DNA from: Bigelowiella natans CCMP2755 | Lineage: Eukaryota > Protista > Cercozoa | NCBI GenBank assembly: GCA_000320545.1 | Contig: ADNK01002079.1 | Location: 1-41,834, forward strand | Reading direction: 5' to 3' | Length of the DNA stretch: 41,834 nucleotides | Shown: in pieces, positions 1-10,156 of the stretch | Layout of the letters: each line of letters opens with the position of its first letter | Numbering within the stretch: position 1 is the stretch's first letter | Program-made: the position numbers and the translations under genes | The notes under the pieces: generated by a model | What the model was told of the DNA's origin: nothing | Databases searched by the model: none | What the model saw: the letters and a program-made list of their open reading frames with translations, nothing else

Positions 1-52
<52 letters not shown>

Positions 53-54
53 AT
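1..54. repeat. (TA)n/(TG)n microsatellite, intact
   Basis: Seen directly in the sequence. Confidence 0.95.
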
Positions 55-60
55 ATAATT

Positions 61-515
61 TGTGCATATATCCTCAATTTGCATCCCTTCCGTGCGGAAA
101 GCTACTCAACGCAACGACCCTCATTCATTCTGTGACGATGCACAGGGCCACGTGCAGACGCGGTAATCAGCACTTTGCCCGGACACGGAGTTTCGAGGTA
201 GGAGGCAGCGTGTAGTACGTGGGTGGTTTGATGGTATGTTCGTATAATTATGCGGTTTATTACTTCTTACAGGGGCAGAGAGTGTTGGGTTTCCTGCCTT
301 CCCCTTCTAGCCCCCCCCCCCCCCCCTTTTCACACGCACACACGTGTACACATGTGCGTAGTCTGTACGAGTTGTTTGTGTTGCGCCTCATTTTGCCAAC
401 ACACCGCTATCACACAGGCATGCGCCCATACTGGCTGGAGATCATTTGCTTGAGAAATTGGCGAGAACAAATGTGTAACCGGCCCGCCAAGGTTGCATTC
501 ATAGCGCAACCATGA
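61..515 (+). CDS. Possible 3' exons of an unidentified gene entering from the left edge
   Basis: Plausible donor GAG|gtagga at ~198, acceptor ttacag at ~272, and acceptor cacacag followed by an open frame ending TGA at 515. No recognisable domain. Confidence 0.25.
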
Positions 516-1070
516 GCTAACAGACACGCCCATGCAAGCATGACACGTCTAGACGTGTGTGCACGTGTGTTCATGTCACATGGCCACATTGGGATGACCA
601 TTGAAAAGATTCAATCACTTCGTTGCATCCGTCTTGTGCATTCATGTTGTACACTCATGCATGTGCATCAATGCACGTTGATGTCCACTTCCTTCGCCGG
701 CTCTCCGCATGGACAATGCAAGCGATTCATCAGGCCCGCGCACTGCTGGACGACTGCTGGACTTGGCCAGCTCTGGAACTGGCCCTGCTAGCCTGCCCCA
801 CTCTGGCACTCGTGGGGTCTGCATTGCTCCCACGCGTGCTGGCTAGCTGGCGTGTTGCGAGCATGTGTGCTAGCTAGCGTGTGTGATGTGTAAGCAACAA
901 TAATGACAATCATCGTAACCGCCAATGGCGGTATCTGCGATGTGGGCAGAGCCCACCTGCTCGCAAAGCGATGCGACAGCATTGTGCGACTGCATCATTG
1001 TGCTGCATCATGTCACATCATCACACTTGTGTTTCCAAGGGGTGTTTTTCAGGGGAGGGGGCATGCACAT

Positions 1071-1244
1071 GTGAAGTGCACATGTACATGATGTGCATGT
1101 GCATGTGCACATGTGCATCATGAAAAGTTTGGTTTTCAAAATGCCTTTCATGCCCCTGGTGTGTGTGCACATGTGCACATGTGTGCATCACATGCATGTG
1201 CACATGTGCATGTACATGCACATGTGTGTGCATGTACATGTATG
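1071..1244. repeat. Decayed (TA)n microsatellites converted to a TG/CA mosaic
   Basis: Alternating pyrimidine-purine runs whose YR steps are almost all TG or CA, with a few residual TA and no CG. Confidence 0.8.
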
Positions 1245-1379
1245 TTGCAATTTAAATTTTTTTAGTTTTCATGATGCCCCAGAAGCCCTCATTAACAACA
1301 AAATGAATGAGGTTAGAAAAAAACACTGATCAAAGTGGGGGTCTGAAAAAAAATGAAGAAGCATGCGATGTCATTACAT

Positions 1380-1527
1380 GCGATGTGCTGTGCCGTGCGA
1401 AGCGATGTGCCGTGCTATGCATGCATGTTTGTTGCGAAGCGATGTGCCGTGCCATGTGCCGTGCCGTGCGAAGCGATTTGCGGTGCTGTGTGCCGTGCCA
1501 TGCGACTGCTGACCAACATGCGACTGG
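1380..1527 (+). repeat. Mutated copy of the GAAGCGATATGCCGTGCTA repeat family
   Basis: Aligns to the 2228-2367 array; the substitutions seen are at TA dinucleotides. Confidence 0.85.
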
Positions 1528-1599
1528 TTTGATAGCATTGTGTTGTGAGATGCTCATGCGAAAAACTACACAAAGAAATGTGTCACACGTAATTCAGTT

Positions 1600-2216
1600 A
1601 TGAACAAATCTAACGAATTGGTGAAAAAATTGTTAATTCTTTCTAAATCTAATGACATTGAGAATGCTATTGAAGAATGGAAATCTCTGAAAAGTTGTGC
1701 GATAGGTAAGCACAAAAAATGTATGATTTCTTGTCAACGACATTGTAGAAGTTTCATAAATTTAGAAACTTGTAATGTCATATATCTCAAAAACAAATAT
1801 AGTGAATTAAGTGAATATAAAATGTTGATGTGGAAGCATCTGCCAACTTTTCAACGAACGAAAAACTCTTTTCATATGGTCTTTACAATTACCTAAATGA
1901 AAAAAAACCAGTTTTACAACAATTAAACAAAACAAAACATTCGCACAGTTTAAGTCTCAAATTAAGAGCTAAAAAATCAATCAGTTTCCACGATTTTTTT
2001 GAAATTTACAAAAATAAATTAGGCTTTGAAGGATTAATCAAGTTGTTTTTGAAAATTAAAAAAATGAGAAAATTCAAAAACATTTCTAAAAGACACAAAG
2101 AATTATTTGATTTCTGTTATGATTTGTTAAAAAGAAAATACAAAAACAAATATTCCATTTATCTATCATACAATTATCCAGAAAAAACAACACAACTAAA
2201 AAAGAATGTCGTTTGA
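1600..2216 (+). pseudogene. Frameshifted virus-like hypothetical protein gene
   Basis: ORFs 1600-1896 and 1830-2216 join if one A is added to the A-run at 1819-1822 (…EYK|NVDVEASANF…). The N-terminus LLILSKSNDIENAIEEW resembles a giant-virus/phage hypothetical family (from memory, unverified). Confidence 0.55.
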
Positions 2217-2227
2217 AAAACAGACAC

Positions 2228-2367
2228 ATATGCCGTGCCGAAGCAATATGCTAATACATATGCGACTAAGCGATATGCCGTGCTAATACACTGTTATTAC
2301 GAAGCGATATGCCGTGCTAATACACTGCTATTACGAAGCGATATGCCGTGCTAATACATATGCGACT
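2228..2367 (+). repeat. 34-bp tandem repeat (~2.7 copies from 2268, plus partial units)
   Basis: Unit AAGCGATATGCCGTGCTAATACACTG(T/C)TATTACG starts at 2268, 2302 and 2336. Confidence 0.9.
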
Positions 2368-2476
2368 CCCACAACATACATACTTAACAATATAAGCTAT
2401 TAGCAAAAGGATTCCACTTTTACAAAACATCCAACTATGATTTTCATTTAAAGAATTGTCTCACTATAAGATTAAT

Positions 2477-2674
2477 ATGAGTAATATTAATCAAGTAAAT
2501 AAAAGTAGCACAGCAGATAAAATCTATGATGTTGACTATAAACTTAGTGAAATCGTCCTCGTAATAGATGAACTAAAAGCCGAACCGAATCCTGAATTCT
2601 ATCGCAAACTAAGATATAAACTGATGGAAGTCCACATTTGTCTAATGAGCGAAGTTGTAGATGGCTATAAATAA
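2477..2674 (+). CDS. Small AT-rich hypothetical protein (65 aa) of the viral relic
   Basis: ATG at 2477 after an AT-rich leader; MSNINQVNKSST…VVDGYK*. Virus-like codon usage. Confidence 0.4.
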   Translation: MSNINQVNKSSTADKIYDVDYKLSEIVLVIDELKAEPNPEFYRKLRYKLMEVHICLMSEVVDGYK

Positions 2675-2718
2675 CTGTATTTTCTCCAGACAGAACCCGA
2701 TGTGTGTGCGGAAGCAGT

Positions 2719-3576
2719 CTACATAGCGATGCGAAGATACTCCCCAGATTTGAGATAATTACTATCATCAACCCCACCAACGGCAAACAGTTTGCCATCC
2801 CCAACGACCACACCCAACCATCTCCTCTTAGTATTCATATCAGGGATTTTCTTCCACCCCGCATCCACATTCTTCAAGTCCAGATACTCCCCAGACTTTG
2901 AACCATACCCACCAACAGCAAACAGTTTGCCATCCCCAACGGCCACACCCAAACCCCACCTCTCAGTATTCATATCAGGGATTTCCTTCCACCCCGCATC
3001 CACATTCTTCAAATCCAGATACTCCCCAGATTTGAGACGATTACCATCCTCCCCACCAACAGCAAACAGTTTACCATCCCCAACGGCCACACCCAAATAC
3101 CGCCTCTCAGTATTCATATCAGGGATTTTCTTCCACCCCGCATCCACATTCTTCAAGTCCAGATACTCCCCAGATTTGAGACGATTACTACCATCATCCA
3201 TTCCACCGACAGCAAACAGTTTGCCATCCCCAACGGCCACACCCAAACCCCACCTCTCAGTATTCATATCAGGGATTTCCTTCCACCCCGCATCCACATT
3301 CTTCAAATCCAGATACTCCCCAGATTGGTGACGATTACTACCATCATACCCACCAACAGCAAACAGTTTGCCATCCCCAACAGCCACACCCAATTCTCTC
3401 CTCTCAGTCATCATATCAGGGATTTTCTTCCACCCCGCATCCACATTCTTCAAGTCCAGATACTCCCCAGACTTTGAACCATACCCACCAACAGCAAACA
3501 GTTTGCCATCCCCAACGGCCACACCCAAACCATATCTCTTAGTATTCATATCAGGGATTTTCGTCCACCCCTTCAT
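2719..3576 (-). CDS. Kelch-repeat beta-propeller protein (6 near-identical repeats)
   Basis: Six copies of W..IPDM.T.R..LGVAVGDGKLFAVGG…SGEYL with the kelch GG and W signature. The frame stays open upstream to ~3705 through a charged helix, so the true start is uncertain. Confidence 0.9.
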   Translation of the reverse strand: MKGWTKIPDMNTKRYGLGVAVGDGKLFAVGGYGSKSGEYLDLKNVDAGWKKIPDMMTERRELGVAVGDGKLFAVGGYDGSNRHQSGEYLDLKNVDAGWKEIPDMNTERWGLGVAVGDGKLFAVGGMDDGSNRLKSGEYLDLKNVDAGWKKIPDMNTERRYLGVAVGDGKLFAVGGEDGNRLKSGEYLDLKNVDAGWKEIPDMNTERWGLGVAVGDGKLFAVGGYGSKSGEYLDLKNVDAGWKKIPDMNTKRRWLGVVVGDGKLFAVGGVDDSNYLKSGEYLRIAM

Positions 3577-3766
3577 CTCCAGTAATTTTTGTTTCAGCTC
3601 TGCTTCTTTCTTTATTCTTTCAGCCTCTTTCTTTTTTCTGCCTCTTCTTTCAGCATTTTGCGATCTTTGCCTTGATCTCTGCAGGGCTGGATGGTGAGGA
3701 GCTGGTCATCTGGATCAAATAATCTTTGCGAGGATGGGTGTTCAGTTATTAAAAATTTCCACTCTC

Positions 3767-4087
3767 TCAACTCACAAAAAATCCCCTATCAACTTGCTTT
3801 CTTTTTCGCTTACTAGTCCGTATTTCAACAGGTTCATCGGTCCACTTCTCTCTCGGTTTCGGTGTTTTTTTCTCAATTGCTTTTTTGACTATTTCGTTTT
3901 CAGCAGGTTTCAGTTGATTCTTGCTGAAAGTTTTGTCTAAAACACCTTCTAAAATATATCTTACTGGTCGGTCTGGTAATAATAATATGTTTTCAATTTT
4001 GTGCGGTTTCAACGAATATCTTATGTCGCCCTCCCTAAAATTACCTATTTGTTTCTCTCCTTTAAAATTCACAGACAACGCCTTCAA
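3767..4087 (-). pseudogene. C-terminal fragment of a Polinton/virophage-type rve integrase
   Basis: GNFREGDIRYS…IENILLLPDRPVRYILEG…FSKNQLK matches my recollection of the post-catalytic SH3-like region of Maverick/virophage integrases. No ATG, and the DDE core is absent. Confidence 0.55.
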
Positions 4088-4341
4088 TTCATGAACATCT
4101 CAATTGTTTTCGTCTCTGCAGCAGGTTCTCTCCTGGCGAAGTTGGCTTGGTTCTCATCCCGATTCCGAACCAGCATCAACCATGCCTTTCCTCTTGTCGT
4201 ATGATCAGAGCCCGCAGCCTTTACCCACGGAACATCCTCGAATGCGTTTGGATGTTTTCCCATGTAATTATCGCCTTCATTGCATTCTCTTAGCGCCTCC
4301 CTGTGAGAACGGACCGTGGACAAGCGATCATCAGGGCGAGC

Positions 4342-5841
4342 ATGCCTCACGGCGCTCATGCTGCCGGATCGATCGTCGTGGCTGCATTCCTCTTTCTCTT
4401 CCTCAGCGGATCGCTGGTGAGCCTTTTCCGCCAGTTAGTTCGACCATTGGCGTCGTTGAGATTGCTTTTATTCCGCAGAGTGGAAGTGGTGGGAACATCC
4501 GCACCAGCGAGAGCCATTCCAGCCCAGCACGCATGGAAACTCAATCCAGTGGGAAGCTGGAATTTTCAGCAACGGCTGGGAATTCATCGATGGTCAAGCT
4601 TTCTACGAACGTCGTGCAAGCCTTCTCAGAGTGGAAGTGAGTTTTCGCCCTAGCCTTCTTTTCGATGAGGGTGCTGATTTTCGAAGCAACCTCGGAATAG
4701 CCGGCACATGAGGCTAACTGTTTTGACATTAGGTATGAGGATTGGTTGGGATATGCGTTGAGCGTTGCTCAATCGGAAGGACGAAGGGCCACGTTCCTCC
4801 AAGTGGGGGCAAACGATGGGATCAAAAACGATCTGCTTTTCCCCGTGTTGAAGAAGAATTTCAGTGCATGGCTTGGCTTCATGGTTGAGCCTGCAGATTC
4901 AAACTTCAAAAGATTGAAGGACTTACATGGAGGACGGAAGGAATGGACGCTGTTAAAGGGGGTTGTCATGCCAAAATGCCCTGCATCAGGAACGGTTTCT
5001 TTCTGGGAGTACAGGGGCGATTTAAACGATAGCAGTATCCCTTTGTTCTTCCGGAACGGCCAATCAAACTCTCTGGACTTCTCCAAAAAACCAGAAAACA
5101 AGAGGTTCATGACCGAAGTGAAACAGCCGTGTGTAGACCATCTCGACGCTGTTCTCCGAGAACGTGCTAGTGCAGCCTGGCTGAAGGAATCAATGGCTAA
5201 CCCATTCTGCCAATCATGGGGTTGCAATTGCCAGGGTCTTAGTGACCTTACAGGGCTTGCGCATGGATACTACAAGTCGATCCAGAATGCAAGTGAATGC
5301 CAATTTCGATGGTGGTTGAAAAATGGGTAGGACGCCCAAAATTATATGTACACAGGAATGTCCTTGAGCGCTACAAACCCTTTCACACCATCGTTCATTT
5401 TTTTTTTGGTTATTGTTTAGATGTACGACTAAACCGAAGAAAGGAGGTCATCCTACTTCCGCCCAGTTGTCACCGAACGCAACACGACATTGGATTGATG
5501 TGTTTCAAGTCGATGTCGAGGTAATAGCAATGAAATTTCTTTTCTGCGACTAACAAGAATGGCAATTCTTTTCTCAGTCAATTCGTGCACATGGTACACT
5601 TTGTTTTCAGGGATTTGATTTCGAAGTCATCAAGAGTTTGGATGTTCATCAATTCCGTCCGAAAATTATCATGTATGAAAGTAAGATGCTAGATGGTAAG
5701 TCACAAGGCGAGGCAAGGCTCCATCTTGAGCAAGCCGGTTATTGGGTGAAGACCCACAGAGAGGATACATTGTGCGTGGATTACGCTTGGCTTCAGAGCG
5801 ACATGTTAAAAGCAGAGCTACCAGCATGCTCGATATTTTAG
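4342..5841 (+). CDS. FkbM-family (Methyltransf_21) SAM-dependent methyltransferase with N-terminal membrane anchor
   Basis: Phase-compatible exons 4342-4416, 4479-4636, 4733-5326, 5421-5520 and 5611-5841. Motifs FLQVGANDG, MVEP and IDVFQVDVEGFDFEVIKSLD…RPKIIMYE. Hydrophobic N-terminus IVVAAFLFLFL. Confidence 0.85.
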
Positions 5842-6630
5842 ATGCTTTGTATTCATTATGTGTAGTTCCATTCCTTGTTCACATGTGAGATGGATGCAAT
5901 GGATAAATGATGAAATATTTTCAACATAGAGTCATAGCTATGTGTATTGTGTAATAGACGCAGTAATATCATGTAGTTGCTATGTACAATTATTACATGG
6001 TATGTGTGCATGGCAGCGGTGCCGACAATGATGTCTAGTCACAACTAGTTATTCAGACCGCGCGCATGGCACTTTGAGCACACATGCGCGATGTTCGCGT
6101 GCAATGTCGTTGCGGTCACAAACATCCGCCTTGGCACGTGGATGAATTTGAAAAAAAGATACACGTTGAAATTCCATCGATCTGGAACCCACTAGCCTAG
6201 TAGCCCATCTAGCCATGTCGATTACAGCACATTTTGTGTCATAAAAATCGACACTTAAAAAATGAGAACATGTGAAAATTTGTGTGATCTAGTGATGATG
6301 TTGAAATATTGAAACACCGCCAGAACTCGCGCATTTGCTCGAAATGCAACAAAGGATGGTTTGTCGTGATCATCACGCTAGCCAAGTGTGAAAATGCAAC
6401 CATTTGTCTGAAAGTTCATTTGTTTCATTGAGACGAAATTGCATCACTTTTTGCACAGCTCAAATGAAAGCAAAAAAAATCCGCAAAACGATCAAACATC
6501 GACGCACAGCGCTTCTTTGATGAAAATGCATGCACATGCTCGTTTTCCCTCGCTAGCTCGCTCCATTCACGTTCGCTTGTGTGCGCGCGCACGAACGCGC
6601 TGCCAGTTGATGAGGGAAACCGATCAGAAT

Positions 6631-6769
6631 CATGCATGCAGGTGACACGTGAGAGCATCGACAATTAATATGCAATGGTTCTCTGCAAACCATCATCAAT
6701 GCACATGCATGCAGGTGACACGTGAGAGCATCAACAATATGCAATAGTCATCTGCAAACCATCAATGCA
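6631..6769 (+). repeat. Imperfect tandem duplication (~70 bp x 2)
   Basis: CATGCATGCAGGTGACACGTGAGAGCATC…TCTGCAAACCATCAATGCA at 6631 and 6704. Confidence 0.9.
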
Positions 6770-6888
6770 CATGCATGCATGCATACTCATGCTAGCATGG
6801 CTAGCGAACTGCGCTAGTGCGCGTAGCGAGCAAGTAGATACATTCTTCATAAGAGCGCTCATGCTGATGCCTTATTGCACAAGGAAAT

Positions 6889-8120
6889 TCACAAGGTATC
6901 CTGTGAAACAACGACTTCGTCGTCGATTATGTCGTCTTGACGATCATCATGACTGCTGCTGGTAGAGCGCCCAAATGCGCTGATGGGGAAACAAAAGGGG
7001 AAGGAGATGAGAGAGGGGAGGGGTAGAAATAGTGTCAGTTATTCTACCGCACACGTGCGCACCGTCGCCAAATGACACTTAGACACTATTACGCTAGGAA
7101 TTCTGTATTGCCGCCAGTTGCGCCTTTGATGGGAGATTTCGTCCAACCTAAGGTATTAGGAGAGCATGGCTCATACGATGATTCTCTGAGGCAAACGGTG
7201 GCATAGCAGCAGCGCATTCAATGCTACGCTCTCCTCAGCTAAACGGGGTCGGGGTCGTTCAACTATTTTAAAAGAAAACCATTCATTTGTACGTCTACCC
7301 ACTCGTTTATGCTATATGGAGATTTAGTTATTATAAAAATTTCCCATACAGTTATATATTGCGGGGTATTTATTGCTTATTCAATTATTCATCAGATATC
7401 CGTACATTTGCTTCGCATGTATATTCTCAAAATACACGACACAGTGGAGGCAGCAATACCGTAGCATCTGAAGCCGAGCTCCTCGGTCCCTGCCATCAAA
7501 GTTGGCGTGAAGATGGTACATTTGAGATTGTATATAAAAAAAACCGAGCTGCACGAATGGAACTTGCATTTAGTTTCCTCTGGGATCAATGGGCGGGATT
7601 TTGGCAATATCGATGAAAAAGCCATAAGAATACCTTTGATGACGTTCTGTATCACCCATTGATGCACAGCTGGATCACGCACCACCCCCCCCGAGCCAAC
7701 CTGCGAAGAACGTATCCAACACATAATATTATCTCCCATATTGATAAACATATATTTTATAATTTAGTATACATATCTTTATAAAATATATTAGACGGTA
7801 TCATTATGTATTTGCTGTTTAAGTGACAACAATTATCGATCACCATCACCTGCTCCTTCGTCGCCTCAAACTGCGGTTTGATAAGGATTACCAACTCAGC
7901 GTTGGGGGCAAGGACATCGACGACAGCGGGCAGTACCTGCACATATACGATGATGATGGCGCTGCATGCTGCTGCTGCTGCTGATGATGATGATGATGGT
8001 GGTGTGTAGACAATGATGATTGTGATTTCGGTTTTGAGCCATTTGAGCGGCGGTATTGATGCAGTACTCATACCCGAGTCGCATTTTCATCGCATTTAAT
8101 TATCATAAGTGAGCATATAC

Positions 8121-8194
<74 letters not shown>

Positions 8195-8209
8195 TATAAA
8201 CATAATACA

Positions 8210-8242
<33 letters not shown>

Positions 8243-8256
8243 GCATATAATATGTA

Positions 8257-8287
<31 letters not shown>

Positions 8288-8411
8288 ATAACAAGTAGCC
8301 GCTGATGTGTAATCCTATTCGTTCCTATTTAAAACCTTGAGGACGGATATGAAGGACAGATCCAACGTTGCTAACTCTATCGCATTGTTCCCAACAAGCT
8401 GATGATAGGAA

Positions 8412-8450
<39 letters not shown>

Positions 8451-8690
8451 CGAGTCAACGTGGTGCCAATGCAGTAGTCTGTACTGCCGTCATTGACGGA
8501 AAATGTATAAACCGAAACCAGGGGATTTTTTCCGAATTATAACCGGATTTGCTTGCACTCACTATCTGCGAGGTCTGTTTCTCCCTTCTTCTTCTTCTGA
8601 CCTCCGGTGTGAGCTGCCTAAGGTTCGTCCTCTCCTTCACTACGACTCTCTCATCCGTGCGGATCTGATATGTATTTTATAAATATTTAT

Positions 8691-8733
<43 letters not shown>

Positions 8734-8837
8734 TGTAGTTCAGATGCCAGCAGCGTACTTGTTTCTGGCATTACCTTCTCAGCAACTTGCCCATAGCCAA
8801 CATCTACGCCGTATCTGCAAATATTGTATGATTTATT

Positions 8838-8883
<46 letters not shown>

Positions 8884-10156
8884 TTATTAGAGAATATATT
8901 TATCAATTTATCACAAAAAGAGAACCGTCTTTGACGGTAGTTTTTGACTTGTGAGGTGTGAGATGTTTGGCTGGTTGGTGTGTGATGATGATGACGGTTA
9001 ATTCGTGCTTAGCCGTACACAAGCTTGGCGCCATTCTGAAGTAAGCAGTCCGTGAAACCACCTACATCCATATTATACAGAACATCTCACATGAGAAAGA
9101 AATTCACTTTAAAGCGTGATTCTTGTCACAGATTAAATCAATTTCCTCTCCTCGGAGCTTTCAATAACATTCGTATCGAGATCCATGCAATGAAAGCTAC
9201 GATGAAGTGTGCATTAGATCAACACCAGTCGATAGTCCAGAATCCAGAGCTATTTTGTCAGTCACATTGATCTGCAAACAGTGTCGCATGAGGAATCTCA
9301 TTGGGGAAGGGGCGGGGGGGGGGGGGGTATGCAACCACGTTATGTGAGTTGGGTACTCATCATACACCTTAAACGTGTTAAGAGCATGCTCAAGCTTCGT
9401 TCCTGCTCGGCAAACGTACTTAGGGATCTGACATATCAGAGGTGTCTAATGGATGCCGCTGTCATCGTTTTGCGCAAATTCGAATATCGTTCTTCTCCAT
9501 TATGTCTCCCTCACCCTCTACTCTCTCTCTCTCTCTCTCCTTCCTTCTTTGCTCTACCCACCCATACCCACTCCTTCTCCCCTTCATCCTCTCCCTACTT
9601 CCTCCTCGAAATATTTGTCTCGGTACAATGATGTGGTGAAACACCACCTCTGCGGTGATTCTTATAACTGCATCCTTAGATACAGCCGAGCCGGCCTTAG
9701 TCACTGGAACGTTGTTGACAAGAACCTTCCCTTGCGCAATCCATGACTGAATTACATTTCTGTATGAAAGTAGAGCGAGTAGAAAGGAAGAGTGCAAACA
9801 TGTCAAGTGGTGTTTCAGGAGGCTGTACTAGCAATTGTGGGTAGCACAACCCACCTACTGAATTCTGGATATCGATCTGCACACAGCTCATCTAGTCTCG
9901 GTTTTCTCCTCCCCCCGCCACTATAATCATGAACCATTTTCTTTCTCCTCTCATTCCCCTTTTTCGCGAAGACAGCCGAGCTATGCTTTGTACTGCTAGA
10001 AGAGGCAGGAGCATGCGCTGATGAGCACATTGATCTAAATTTGGAGGGTAGGTACTGCTGCAAGTGGCGTTCCGCAGGGGTCAGTATCGAATAGAAGACG
10101 ATGGTCACGATCGTTAGAGCGATTACAGTCCTGTTTCCGCCTCTCCGCCACCGCAT
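6889..10156 (-). CDS. tlyA: TlyA-like (S4 + FtsJ) rRNA 2'-O-methyltransferase, probably plastid-targeted, ~12 exons
   Basis: Exons spell RLDELC…, IQSWIAQGKVLVN, PKYVCRAGTKLEHAL, ALDSGLSTGGFTDCLLQNGA, YGVDVGYGQ, ERTNLR, TLDLSFIS, LIKPQFEA, GGVVRDP and SPIKGATGGNTEFLA. N-terminal hydrophobic signal followed by a Ser-rich transit-like peptide. Confidence 0.93.
8124..8880. repeat. Intronic (CA)n/(TA)n/(GA)n microsatellite clusters, TA intact
   Basis: Pure (TA)n runs at ~8160-8240, 8419-8446, 8694-8729 and 8844-8877 inside tlyA introns. Confidence 0.95.

Larger units (their letters stand above)
1020..4087. mobile_element. Degraded endogenous virophage/Polinton-like (viral) element fragment
   Basis: Largely AT-rich and intronless. 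Contains Lys/Asn/Ile-rich ORFs, an integrase-like C-terminal fragment (3767-4087), a near-identical-repeat kelch gene and short intergenic tandem repeats. Composition shifts abruptly to host-like DNA at ~4090. Boundaries are approximate; no TIR pair or TSD found. Confidence 0.6.

Noticed and set aside
1036-1160. Terminal inverted repeat or TSD of the viral element
   Set aside because: G-rich and C-rich blocks are suggestive, but I could not find a matching partner at the other end.
1071-1244. ADAR-type editing of a retroelement RNA
   Set aside because: A>G and T>C products are intermixed on the same strand, and TAG, the ADAR-preferred context, is the spared one.
520-1600. Cys/His/Met/Val-rich ORFs (also at 6425-6965, 11625-12900 and 22194-22796) as metal-binding proteins
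   Set aside because: These are artefacts of TA loss. TAA/TAG stops disappear and TG/CA-rich codons dominate, so ORFs open on both strands.
2228-2367. CRISPR-like array
   Set aside because: The units are head-to-tail tandem copies without unique spacers, the context is eukaryotic, and there are no cas genes.
2792-3697. Plus-strand repeat ORFs (PSPTATPK…)
   Set aside because: Antisense shadow of the kelch gene.
4084-4729. Three abutting minus-strand ORFs resembling an operon
   Set aside because: They overlap the spliced 5' exons of the plus-strand FkbM gene and have no recognisable domains.
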